Below, piece by piece: positions 17,571 to 30,586 of a stretch of 61,723 nt of DNA. The translations under genes and the position numbers were made by a program. The notes under the pieces were generated by a model that did no database searches, was not told the DNA's origin, and saw only the letters and a program-made list of their open reading frames with translations. Source of the DNA: Patescibacteria group bacterium (lineage in GTDB: Bacteria > Patescibacteriota > Patescibacteriia > UBA9570); NCBI GenBank assembly GCA_041665365.1, contig JBAYIY010000009.1:1-61723 (forward strand), written 5' to 3'. Every line of letters starts with the position of its first letter. Within the stretch, counting starts at the first letter, position 1.

Positions 17571-17986
17571 GGGTTTACAACGATAAATTCAACCCCGGCT
17601 TCTTTAAACATATTGGTCACTGATTCATCACGATATAATTGAGCTGATACCACTCTTACTATGCCGGCATTTAAAATCAATTTAGTACAGATCTTACAGG
17701 GTGAATGAGTGCAGTAAAGAGTTGTGCCTGCGGTAGTACTGCCATGTACAGCCGCCTGAATAATGGCATTTTGTTCAGCGTGGGTGGTGCGCACACAGTG
17801 GCCGTTTTCCATGAGATGACCAACTTCATCACAGTGCGCCAAACCGCGGGGAGCTCCATTGTAACCGGTTGAAATAATATATTTGTTTCGCACCAACACA
17901 GCACCAATATGTGCGCGATCGCACGTGGCTCGAGTTGCCACCACACTGGCAATATTGATGAAATATTGCTCAGGGGTTGGTCGCAT
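17567..17986 (-). CDS. Deoxycytidylate (dCMP) deaminase
   Basis: 139 aa with zinc motifs HAEQNAI and SPCKICTKLI. Confidence 0.85.
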   Translation of the reverse strand: MRPTPEQYFINIASVVATRATCDRAHIGAVLVRNKYIISTGYNGAPRGLAHCDEVGHLMENGHCVRTTHAEQNAIIQAAVHGSTTAGTTLYCTHSPCKICTKLILNAGIVRVVSAQLYRDESVTNMFKEAGVEFIVVNP

Positions 17987-17987
17987 A

Positions 17988-18674
17988 TTACGCGCCGATG
18001 GCTAAGGGGATGGCTGGACCCATGGTACTAGCCACAGTAATTGAGCGTACAAATGTCCCTTTTGAACCAGCCGGTTTGGCTTTACGAATAGCCTCTAGCG
18101 CAGCGGTGATGTTCTCAGTGAGTTGTTGTTCAGAAAAGGATACACGACCAACGGCCAGATGAATGTTACCGGTGGCATCATTTTTAAAATTAATCTTACC
18201 TTTTTTTAAAGCCGTGATCATTTTCTTAACATCCGGGCCAACCGTGTCAGTTTTCGGGTTAGGCATTAAACCTTTTTGACCAATAATACGAGCAATTGGG
18301 CCAAGGGCCTTCATCATATCAGGTGTAGCCACTGCCACATCAAAGTCAATCTGGCTGGTAGTTTTTATTTGTTGAATAACTTCGGCCGTGCCAATGATAT
18401 CAGCGCCAGCGGCTTTGGCGTCAGCTTCTTGGTTTGAACCAACAAAAGCAATAATGCGTTTGGTCTTACCGGTCCCATGCGGTAATTGAATAGAACCGCG
18501 CACGGTTTGATCGGATTTTTTAGTATCGATGCCAACTTTGATATGCAATTCAACACTCGCATCAAATTTGATAGGTGATTTTTTTACAGCCGCACATGCT
18601 TCAGGCACTGAATAAGTCTTTTGCTTAGAAATCAGTTCAGCGGCGGTGCGATAACGTTTGGAAGGTTTAGGCAT
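17988..18674 (-). CDS. rplA: 50S ribosomal protein L1
   Basis: 228 aa. Typical L1 N-terminus (SKRYR...) and GKTKRIIAF, in the L11-L1 gene order. Confidence 0.95.
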   Translation of the reverse strand: MPKPSKRYRTAAELISKQKTYSVPEACAAVKKSPIKFDASVELHIKVGIDTKKSDQTVRGSIQLPHGTGKTKRIIAFVGSNQEADAKAAGADIIGTAEVIQQIKTTSQIDFDVAVATPDMMKALGPIARIIGQKGLMPNPKTDTVGPDVKKMITALKKGKINFKNDATGNIHLAVGRVSFSEQQLTENITAALEAIRKAKPAGSKGTFVRSITVASTMGPAIPLAIGA

Positions 18675-18677
18675 AAA

Positions 18678-19103
18678 TTAATTTTCTATAGTTAATCCCA
18701 TTTGCCGAGCAGTTCCGGCAATCATTTTGCTGGCTGCTTCAACATCATTGGCATTTAAATCAGCTAGTTTCTTTTCGGCAATCTCCCGAATTTGTTTCAT
18801 GGTTACTTTGCCGACTTTGTCAGTGAGAGGTTTACCGGAACCTTTTTCAATGCCAGCGGCTTTTTTTAGTAACTCGGCCGCCGGCGGTGTTTTTAAAATA
18901 AAAGTGAAACTACGATCTTCAAACACTGTAATCACAACCGGCAAAATATTTCCACGTTGCTCTTGAGTGCGTTCGTTGAATTGCTTACAGAAATCCTGGA
19001 TATTTACACCATGTTGCCCTAAAGCTGGACCAATCGGCGGGGCTGGATTAGCCGCTCCTGCGGGAATCTGTAGTTTAATCTGTGTCTTTATCTTTTTTGC
19101 CAT
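18678..19103 (-). CDS. rplK: 50S ribosomal protein L11
   Basis: 141 aa with [27 protein letters not shown]. Confidence 0.95.
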   Translation of the reverse strand: MAKKIKTQIKLQIPAGAANPAPPIGPALGQHGVNIQDFCKQFNERTQEQRGNILPVVITVFEDRSFTFILKTPPAAELLKKAAGIEKGSGKPLTDKVGKVTMKQIREIAEKKLADLNANDVEAASKMIAGTARQMGLTIEN

Positions 19104-19120
19104 AGCAGTTATACATTAGC

Positions 19121-19666
19121 TTAAATCTTCTTTATTTGTAAGGGGTCTAATTCGACTGGTGTTTCTCGACCAAACATCGAGACTAATACTTTCACTTTAC
19201 CATGTACCTCATCAACCTCTGAAATCTTACCTTCCATATCCTTGAATGGTCCATCGACTATCCGCACCGGGTCAGACGGCAGTAAATCCATCTTCATGGT
19301 GGGCTGATCAATACCCATGCGGCGTTGTAATTCTTTAACTTCTTGCTCAGAAATGGGTGTTGGCGTTGTGCCGGATCCGACGAAACCAGTCACATTTGGT
19401 GTATTTCTGACTACATACCAGGAATCATCCGTTACCACCATTTCTACTAGCACATAACCTGGAAATATTTTTTCTGTAATGACCTTGCGTTTACCATTTT
19501 TGATTTTTATTTTCTTCTCGGTTGGCACCAGCACATTAAAGATTCTATCCTGCATACCCATGGATTCGATTCTTTGTCTCAGATTGTCTGAAACATTTTC
19601 TTCGTATCCAGAATAGGTGTGCAAGACGTACCAGCGGCGACCAAGCGCAGCAGTTTGTTTTGGCAT
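19121..19666 (-). CDS. nusG: Transcription termination/antitermination factor NusG
   Basis: 181 aa with WYVLHTYSGYE, FPGYVLVEM and a KOW segment (VRIVDGPFKDMEGKISEVD). Confidence 0.93.
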   Translation of the reverse strand: MPKQTAALGRRWYVLHTYSGYEENVSDNLRQRIESMGMQDRIFNVLVPTEKKIKIKNGKRKVITEKIFPGYVLVEMVVTDDSWYVVRNTPNVTGFVGSGTTPTPISEQEVKELQRRMGIDQPTMKMDLLPSDPVRIVDGPFKDMEGKISEVDEVHGKVKVLVSMFGRETPVELDPLQIKKI

Positions 19667-19671
19667 AAGCG

Positions 19672-19860
19672 TTAGGCTATTGAAATGAGATAGTTAAGAC
19701 CTAAATTGAAAAGAAAATCTACCACGCCAAGAAATATTGCAAAGCCACCAGCAAAGGCCACTACTATGCCAGTACTGCGTAAGGCTTCCTGACGCGTTGG
19801 CCACGTTACTCGACGTAACTCAGCGTAGGATTCTTTTATATATTTTATGAGTTTCTTCAT
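19672..19860 (-). CDS. secE: Preprotein translocase subunit SecE
   Basis: 62 aa with AELRRVTWPTRQE and a single TM helix, in the secE-nusG-rplK-rplA order. This is the only start in the window with an SD-like AAGGA 7 nt upstream. Confidence 0.85.
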   Translation of the reverse strand: MKKLIKYIKESYAELRRVTWPTRQEALRSTGIVVAFAGGFAIFLGVVDFLFNLGLNYLISIA

Positions 19861-19877
19861 GATAATATCCTTAACTT

Positions 19878-19894
19878 AAAAAAGCCCTGCGGGC
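19878..19894 (-). terminator. Weak candidate intrinsic terminator after gyrB (GCCC-GCA-GGGC followed by T6)
   Basis: The minus strand reads GCCCGCAGGGCTTTTTT. The stem is only 4 bp, so the call is weak. Confidence 0.25.
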
Positions 19895-19926
19895 AAGTAC
19901 TAGGTTACTATAAAGCCAAAAAAGAG

Positions 19927-24070
<4,144 letters not shown>

Positions 24071-24071
24071 A

Positions 24072-24848
24072 TTAGAATTGGGACAAAAACCTTAAATCAT
24101 TGTTCATAAAGTAACGAATATCCTTAATACCGTATTTCATCATAGCGAGCCGATCTATACCCATACCAAAGGCAAAGCCAGTATATTGGCCGGGTTTATA
24201 TCCAGCTGCGGCAAACACTTTAGGATGAATCATGCCGCAGCCTAACATTTCCACCCAACCGGTATGTTTACAAACCGCACAGCCTTTACCAGCGCAAGCC
24301 ACACACGAACAATCCGCTTCAAAACCTGGTTCGACATATGGGAAATAACCCGGTCTAAGCCTTACCTTGATATCACTATTCAGTAATTTCGACATAGCTA
24401 GTTTTAACATATATGTCAGATTGGCAATTGAGATGTCTTTATCCACCACAAAACCTTCCATTTGATAGAAAGTATGCTCATGTGAAGCATCAATGGCTTC
24501 ATTACGAAACACTCGGCCTGGCACAACCACACGTAATGGTGGTGTAAGTTTTTGCATGAGCCGAACCTGCATATTGGAAGTGTGTGTGCGCATCACTTCT
24601 TTTAAGCCGTCAGGGCGGTTAGTATCAAGATAAAAAGTGTCTTGCAAATCGCGCGCCGGATGAGTTTTAGGAATGTTTAAAAATTCAAAACAATAATCTT
24701 CCGTTTCACGCTCATTACCTTCATACACAGCAAAACTCATCGATCGAAAAACATCGACCAACTCGTTTTGTACTAAACGCAGCGGGTGAAGCTGACCAAG
24801 TTTGATAGCTTCTCCCGGTAATGATTGATCAATTAACTGGTTCTTCAT
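24072..24848 (-). CDS. pheS: Phenylalanyl-tRNA synthetase alpha subunit, short form (catalytic core only)
   Basis: 258 aa with HPLRLVQNE, HPARDLQDTFY, MRTHTS, FRNEAIDASHEHTFYQMEG and GFAFGMGIDRLAM. Confidence 0.93.
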   Translation of the reverse strand: MKNQLIDQSLPGEAIKLGQLHPLRLVQNELVDVFRSMSFAVYEGNERETEDYCFEFLNIPKTHPARDLQDTFYLDTNRPDGLKEVMRTHTSNMQVRLMQKLTPPLRVVVPGRVFRNEAIDASHEHTFYQMEGFVVDKDISIANLTYMLKLAMSKLLNSDIKVRLRPGYFPYVEPGFEADCSCVACAGKGCAVCKHTGWVEMLGCGMIHPKVFAAAGYKPGQYTGFAFGMGIDRLAMMKYGIKDIRYFMNNDLRFLSQF

Positions 24849-25242
24849 GGGTTGGTTGTCTTTGTAAACTGTATAAGAAGCCCTCTAACAAGCTAAAGAA
24901 TAACACGAGTAAGCCGGCCGTCATCCAGGTAAATAACTCATGAGCCGTTAAAACTAGTGACAGTAGAACAATGCAGGTGCAAAAAATCGCTTGACGAAAG
25001 GTTGGTAGCATTAAATGAAAAGCCACGACAGTTTGCTTGTGCCAGCGTTTTAAGACAATCCGGATCAATAAACCAAATACCACCATCACAGCGAATACCC
25101 AGCAGCCCAATGTGGCATAAAACAAACCAATTCCGATTGACCCGGTTTGTGTGGGGTCAATAAACTTAATTACAACCACCCAGGCGGCTAAACTAGCCAG
25201 ACCGGCTAAACTCATTAGAATTAAAAATCGGCGCACGGGCAT
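24829..25242 (-). CDS. Hypothetical membrane protein (four predicted TM helices)
   Basis: 137 aa and hydrophobic. A strong leaderless-type promoter lies directly upstream. No family recognised. Confidence 0.6.
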   Translation of the reverse strand: MPVRRFLILMSLAGLASLAAWVVVIKFIDPTQTGSIGIGLFYATLGCWVFAVMVVFGLLIRIVLKRWHKQTVVAFHLMLPTFRQAIFCTCIVLLSLVLTAHELFTWMTAGLLVLFFSLLEGFLYSLQRQPTHEEPVN

Positions 25243-25248
25243 GGTGAT

Positions 25249-25277
25249 AGAATAACAGAATCAGTTGAGATATTCAA
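25249..25277 (-). promoter_or_regulatory. Promoter TTGAAT-17-TATTCT, -10 ends 6 nt before the ATG at 25242 (leaderless-type)
   Basis: Base-by-base reading of the minus strand gives TTGAAT atctcaactgattctgt TATTCT atcacc ATG. Confidence 0.5.
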
Positions 25278-25282
25278 CTAAA

Positions 25283-28200
25283 CTATTTAAGGGCAGCATT
25301 GAATTGATCTGGTACGAAAACACCATGGTAAGATTTATCGGTAACAATGAATCTATCAAAGTAATTTATTAACTTCGTGTAAGTCTCAGGTGTAAGTTCA
25401 ACCCGCGTTGCAGCACAACGAACATACAATTTATCATGATCTTCTATATAAGTCAGGCCATTGGGTCCGCGAAATTTATCAATATCCGCATGGACACTCA
25501 TAACGTGTTTGACTTCTGTCACAAATTTGGAATAATCCCGCGGTAATTTATCCAAACCAAATTGATCTTGTTCGAATAATCTCATTTCGTGCGGTTCATT
25601 GGCTCGATCCAGCACAGCAAAAAATGACTCACGGTGAAACTCATGATCACTAGAACTTTTCAATTTAGTTTTATATTCAGTCATTAACTCATGATACAAT
25701 TTTTCGCTTAGTGGTGGATGATTACCTGTGACATTATGTAAATCCACCGTGACCTGACCATCGTGTAATCCAAACACCAAACCATTTGGGCTGACAATTT
25801 TATGGTTTTTATCGCTGTTAAGTAGAGTTTTTATATTATCGATAAAAGCACCATGATTTTGTGGTTCACCATTGCCCATGAAATGCTGACCTAAATCCAC
25901 ACTTTTTGGTTCAACTACAACCGGTATAGCCAATGGTTCAGCCACGCGACCAGCGGTTTCACCCGTCCACGATCCGCCACTCTCGGCTCGATAATGTTTT
26001 ACTAATTCTATAGACACAGCTCTTAATTCTGGTTTTTCATATAGCTCCTCAGCGGGTATTTCTTGTAATTCGGGAAACTGATCTGGATTACTATGAACAT
26101 AAGTATATAAACCTGAATCGATATATCGCGCAACACTTTGACCCGGACGCGGTTCTGCATAATCATTAACAAAATTAGTGATTTTCGGATTTACTTCAAC
26201 TGGTTCATGCGGTACAGGCACATCATGTTCATGGCCACGTTCATAAAGATAATCGTTCAAGTGTTCCGGAGCAATTTTTTGTTTAGTGGCGACATCATAA
26301 AACTCAACTTGTTTATGACCACCAACGTCATGCACTGCCACACTGATTTTTTCACTATCCTTAACACCCACATCAAGTAATTTTACATTATGGCCGTTAA
26401 CTTTTACTTCTGTAGAATTCAACAAATGTGACATCTCTCGATCGGATACTTGCCCTTTAATGGCATGAGAGACACCTTCTGTGTGGTGAACGATGTGAGT
26501 TAGATCAGCCGATTGAACAGGTGGTTCTGGTAAAATTGGACCGACAAATGGTATTGGAGTATGTCCACCTGGTGGAGGTATCACAACCGGATTTTCCACT
26601 GGATTAGGTTCAACGTGATCAACTGGTACAGATTCACTTTCCACCCGATGGGCGGCTAAAGATACTAATTCGTCACCAACAAAATAGCCAGCTACAGCAC
26701 CAGTGAAGGCTAGCGCGCCACGAACGCAGGCATGATAACGTTTTTTAGCAGTCGGTGCATCCGGTTCAAGCCGGGCTAAATCTTTAATATTTTTTAAAGC
26801 ACCAATATAGGATAAGGCTTGCTCGTATCGGGTGACGATTTCTTGCATAGCCCTATAATCAGTGGGTGATTTTTGTCTAAAATCATTGTCCTGTAATCGT
26901 TCTTTAAACTTATTCATTTCTTGTCGGCTGTTGAGCACAAAGTTGATCCAACTACCATTCATTGGTTTTCTCAATTCGATATCAAAAAATTTGACTCGCT
27001 TATTCTGTTCAGTAATTGACGTACCTTCAGCCCGGCTGATCAAAGCACGTGCTACTGTGTCGCCAAGTCTAGCGCCAGCCAAAGTTGTCATACCAACTCT
27101 TAAACCAGGCCACTCACGGGCAGCGATACCAATGGATGTAAACACCGCTGAAGTTGCCACAGCTTCTAATACTTCACTTTTATCACCAAATATTTCTTTT
27201 AAAATACGCGATGAAGATTGACTTTGGGCTTTTTCCTGAGCGGCGGTTTTATTCTCCATGTCAACTAAATTCGCCTGAGCTTGGGCAATTCGTTTGTATG
27301 GTTCGGCGACACGATCAAATTCAGCCTGGGCTCTTAATACCGCTTGATAATAAAAAGATTTTTGATCTTCTGATGCACTATAATAGTCTGCTTGTGCTTG
27401 CCTTAAATTATCTGTCTCTGTTTTACAATTATCATCTATTAACTTCCCGTAAATCTCTCCTTGTACATCAGCCTGTGTCAGTGCACCTTTGTCAACAAGT
27501 TCTTTCTCTTTTTGTGTCGCCAACAGCGCCGCGAGAGTTTCTAAAGTGGTTTTTAAAGTAGCTTCGGCTTGGCCTAGTGTCAGGTTACCATCAATGAACT
27601 TCTTTCTACTTTGTTTTATTTGGTTTAATAAAGTAGCCTCATGCCTGCTTTGCTCAGTGGCTTGATTCTGGGTGGTTCTTATTCTATCGGCCATTCTTAC
27701 TCCCGCCAAAAGGCCAATAGTTGGAATAGCACCGATTCCAGTCATGCTAAGTGCTACACCGCCGGCCGCAATAGCACCGAGCCTACCTACGGTTTTTAAA
27801 GTACTCCGTCCAGCGCGTTCTTGCGCGGCGGCTTGTTCAGTAATCAGCATGCGCTGCGCCACAATCACTTGCGCAACTCCTTCTGGACTAATACCAAGTT
27901 TTGTCGCCAAAGCAATAACTTCAGGCAAAGCCTTCAATTCAGTATCAGACTTATTAAGATTTTCAAGAGTAATTACACCAGCCAAGGCTTTGATTACATT
28001 AGTATCAGATTTAATCTCAGCTTGTTCCAAATATTGAGTATTTACTCCGGGTTTTTTAGCCTGCATTTCACGAACAATAGAACGATCAAATTGATCCATT
28101 TCAATTTTCGCTGGATCAAATGAAACAGGATAGTCATCGGGAGCAGTTTTGTAGGCTGTCAATTCAGGTTGACCTAGTTCTTTAAGTCGATCAAGAATTT

Positions 28201-29632
28201 TTGGGTTACGTTGAACAATTTTTTTAATCCAAATATCGTATATGTTAATCTGTCCGGCATCACGGGCATCGTCTAATATTTGATGTAAAGCCCATACATC
28301 TCCCAGTTCAGTGATTTCAATATCATCTTTACGCTCAAGAAATTTTTGTCTGAATTCAGGTAATACTCTAACAAATCTTTCATCAGCCTTTCGATCATTT
28401 AACAACCTAATCCAATCTTCAACACCAACTGCCTTCCAGGCTTCTAAATCCACTGGGTTAATTAACCCATTATCATAAGTATTAGCAAACGCCGTCCGCA
28501 TTAATCTCTCATTCTCTTTATAAGCTAATTTAAAAGCTTCAATTTTTACAACATCATAAGGAACCGGCAAAGGTTCAGTCAGATTACGTGCCGTGGTTAG
28601 ATACATGTCTTTATCCTTTATGATCAAATCCTCTAATGGATCTTTATCATCAGGGATAACAATAATACTACGATCTTTATCATCACCGGCAGTAACACTC
28701 TCATTCTTTCTTAGCTGCTCATTTATTTTATTAGTGGCTGTTTGCATGATTTGTTGTGTCGCAGTGTTAGTGTTGGGTTCATCATTTAAGATTTTTCCCA
28801 TCTCGGCTTCAGAGGTGTATAAATGAATTCCATTTGAAGTAATAACAATATCATCACCATCATCAAGTTCAACCCTTATTACAGCTTCATCACCAACTGT
28901 ATTAATTTTACCTAATAAATCAGTGTTTCTATCCGCATCGACGGTTTGTTTTTCCAGTTTATCGCTACCAGCAAAACGTCGATAAACTCTTGAATCACCT
29001 AAATTTCCAATAATGGCCGTTCTTTTACCATCAGCACGACGAACGATTTTTACAACGGTAGCGGCGGTACTGATCTCGCTACCGGATGGTCTGGCTTGAT
29101 CAACATTATCCTGTTTAATTCGGTCATTTATTTCGTTAAAAACATCCCGCAGCACAGCTTTATAGTCATCGATACTACGACAACTACTGAAATCAATAGT
29201 CTTAATAATATGGCGCGCCATAAGAGCGGCTTCACTGCCACCAACTGCCGTATGAACGCCATCAAAAATACCGTATAATTCCTTACTAGGCTCCATTAAT
29301 ACAACATCTTCGTTTTCATTTTTACCAGGATGTTCAGGGCCAGCTTCTGTTTTGTTACTAATCTTACGTAGGCGTTTTTCAGGATTAGCCACAGCATCAA
29401 TTTTCGTCTCGGCGGCGCGTTGTAAATCGGCGGCATGTTTGTCTGTTTCATACAGTTTTTTACTATCTTCAGGAGTAGCCACACCTCTATATTCACGTTG
29501 TTTTGCGGCAATATATCTACCTAACTCACGAATACCACCTTTAGCTCTGGCAGCGGACATCTCAGCAGAAAAACCAATTGGTCTTTTAGATTCAATTTTC
29601 TTTATTTCTGGTCGTGGCGTTGGGTCAGACAT
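25283..29632 (-). CDS. Giant (1449 aa) membrane protein: degenerate PP2C-like N-domain, helical/coiled-coil region with hydrophobic hairpins, Pro-rich linker, His-rich repeated C-domain
   Basis: A single uninterrupted ORF. PP2C-like motifs are NEDVV, IFDGVHTAVGG, LGDSRVY, ITSNGIH and DKDRSIIVI. TM-like segments are LGAIAAGGVALSMTGIGAIPTIGLLAGV and GALAFTGAVAGYFVG. The linker reads PVVIPPPGGHTPIPFVGPILPEPP. Confidence 0.85.
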   Translation of the reverse strand: MSDPTPRPEIKKIESKRPIGFSAEMSAARAKGGIRELGRYIAAKQREYRGVATPEDSKKLYETDKHAADLQRAAETKIDAVANPEKRLRKISNKTEAGPEHPGKNENEDVVLMEPSKELYGIFDGVHTAVGGSEAALMARHIIKTIDFSSCRSIDDYKAVLRDVFNEINDRIKQDNVDQARPSGSEISTAATVVKIVRRADGKRTAIIGNLGDSRVYRRFAGSDKLEKQTVDADRNTDLLGKINTVGDEAVIRVELDDGDDIVITSNGIHLYTSEAEMGKILNDEPNTNTATQQIMQTATNKINEQLRKNESVTAGDDKDRSIIVIPDDKDPLEDLIIKDKDMYLTTARNLTEPLPVPYDVVKIEAFKLAYKENERLMRTAFANTYDNGLINPVDLEAWKAVGVEDWIRLLNDRKADERFVRVLPEFRQKFLERKDDIEITELGDVWALHQILDDARDAGQINIYDIWIKKIVQRNPKILDRLKELGQPELTAYKTAPDDYPVSFDPAKIEMDQFDRSIVREMQAKKPGVNTQYLEQAEIKSDTNVIKALAGVITLENLNKSDTELKALPEVIALATKLGISPEGVAQVIVAQRMLITEQAAAQERAGRSTLKTVGRLGAIAAGGVALSMTGIGAIPTIGLLAGVRMADRIRTTQNQATEQSRHEATLLNQIKQSRKKFIDGNLTLGQAEATLKTTLETLAALLATQKEKELVDKGALTQADVQGEIYGKLIDDNCKTETDNLRQAQADYYSASEDQKSFYYQAVLRAQAEFDRVAEPYKRIAQAQANLVDMENKTAAQEKAQSQSSSRILKEIFGDKSEVLEAVATSAVFTSIGIAAREWPGLRVGMTTLAGARLGDTVARALISRAEGTSITEQNKRVKFFDIELRKPMNGSWINFVLNSRQEMNKFKERLQDNDFRQKSPTDYRAMQEIVTRYEQALSYIGALKNIKDLARLEPDAPTAKKRYHACVRGALAFTGAVAGYFVGDELVSLAAHRVESESVPVDHVEPNPVENPVVIPPPGGHTPIPFVGPILPEPPVQSADLTHIVHHTEGVSHAIKGQVSDREMSHLLNSTEVKVNGHNVKLLDVGVKDSEKISVAVHDVGGHKQVEFYDVATKQKIAPEHLNDYLYERGHEHDVPVPHEPVEVNPKITNFVNDYAEPRPGQSVARYIDSGLYTYVHSNPDQFPELQEIPAEELYEKPELRAVSIELVKHYRAESGGSWTGETAGRVAEPLAIPVVVEPKSVDLGQHFMGNGEPQNHGAFIDNIKTLLNSDKNHKIVSPNGLVFGLHDGQVTVDLHNVTGNHPPLSEKLYHELMTEYKTKLKSSSDHEFHRESFFAVLDRANEPHEMRLFEQDQFGLDKLPRDYSKFVTEVKHVMSVHADIDKFRGPNGLTYIEDHDKLYVRCAATRVELTPETYTKLINYFDRFIVTDKSYHGVFVPDQFNAALK

Positions 29633-29656
29633 AGGATTTTTTAAGGTTATTATTTA

Positions 29657-30583
29657 CTATTTGGTTTGATTTTTACCTTTAATCACTATCACCGTTCGGT
29701 CATCCTCTGTTTTATTGTTCGGACCAATCCGTAAGCCATCTTTGGATAACTGTAATAAACGATCGGCATTAACTTGGGCAGAGTCATCAGGGTTAATACC
29801 AGCTGCCAGATCGTTATGTGGCACAAGATCGGATATGCCATCAGTACATAACACTAGTGTATCACCGGCTTCTAGCACTTTTGTAACAATGTGTACTTCA
29901 TTTGCTTCTTGACCACCTAATACACTGGTAAGATTTAACATTTTATACAAGGTTCGTTCAGAAAATTTATTATCATCAAGAACATATTTTTTTTCGCTAT
30001 CCAATTCATCAACTGAACGTATTGTACTAAATAATCGATTTAACCTATTTATTTCTGCTAGTGTAATTGGTTTACCGGCTATATCTAATTGAGTTAAATA
30101 ATTATCATCGACTGATACTTGTAGTAACTCACTGGATTGTTTCTTGACATAAAAACGAGAATCACCAACAGACGCACAAATGGCTATTGTTTTATCCCCC
30201 AATTTTCGTATTATAACAACCGTCGCTGTGGTGGCACCTTCTGTCAAATCATCAATTATATGACCATCGGAAAAATACACAGCCTGTTCAATAATTTGGC
30301 GAATTGCTTTGATATCAGTGATATCGTCAGTCAAATTTTTATCTAAATATTGTGTAACCATGGCGCGGGCTAATTCGGCGGCAGCGCGGGCACCTGTAAT
30401 ACCACCGGCACCATCATAAACGGCAAAGAAACCATGTTCTGGATCGGCGGTATAAGCGTCTTCACACACGGTATGACCAGGGTCTGGTTCTTGGGCAATA
30501 CCAACATCAAACGGTTCTTTCTCCCTGCTTTCTGATTCAGGTAACGGTCTAGGTGGTTTTGGTTCGCGCTTTGGTTCAGACAT
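29657..30583 (-). CDS. PP2C-family (PPM) Ser/Thr protein phosphatase
   Basis: 308 aa with CEDAY, FFAVYDGAGG, ATTATVVII, VGDSRFYV, LCTDGISD and EDDRTVIVI. Confidence 0.88.
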   Translation of the reverse strand: MSEPKREPKPPRPLPESESREKEPFDVGIAQEPDPGHTVCEDAYTADPEHGFFAVYDGAGGITGARAAAELARAMVTQYLDKNLTDDITDIKAIRQIIEQAVYFSDGHIIDDLTEGATTATVVIIRKLGDKTIAICASVGDSRFYVKKQSSELLQVSVDDNYLTQLDIAGKPITLAEINRLNRLFSTIRSVDELDSEKKYVLDDNKFSERTLYKMLNLTSVLGGQEANEVHIVTKVLEAGDTLVLCTDGISDLVPHNDLAAGINPDDSAQVNADRLLQLSKDGLRIGPNNKTEDDRTVIVIKGKNQTK

Positions 30584-30586
30584 AGT

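Noticed and set aside
19861-19926. Expected tRNA-Trp or another RNA gene upstream of secE, as seen in many bacteria.
   Set aside because: The 66-bp gap cannot be folded into a cloverleaf. It holds only a weak hairpin plus T-run and an SD-like AAGGA.
26138-29669. Cluster of plus-strand ORFs up to 135 aa antisense to the giant gene (26138-26380, 26862-27221, 27154-27561, 27672-28037, 27821-28123, 28593-28826, 29096-29278, 29352-29669).
   Set aside because: They mirror the Ala/Gln/Glu-rich coiled-coil coding region of the 1449-aa ORF, whose codon composition suppresses antisense stops. They have no start context or promoter and no motifs.
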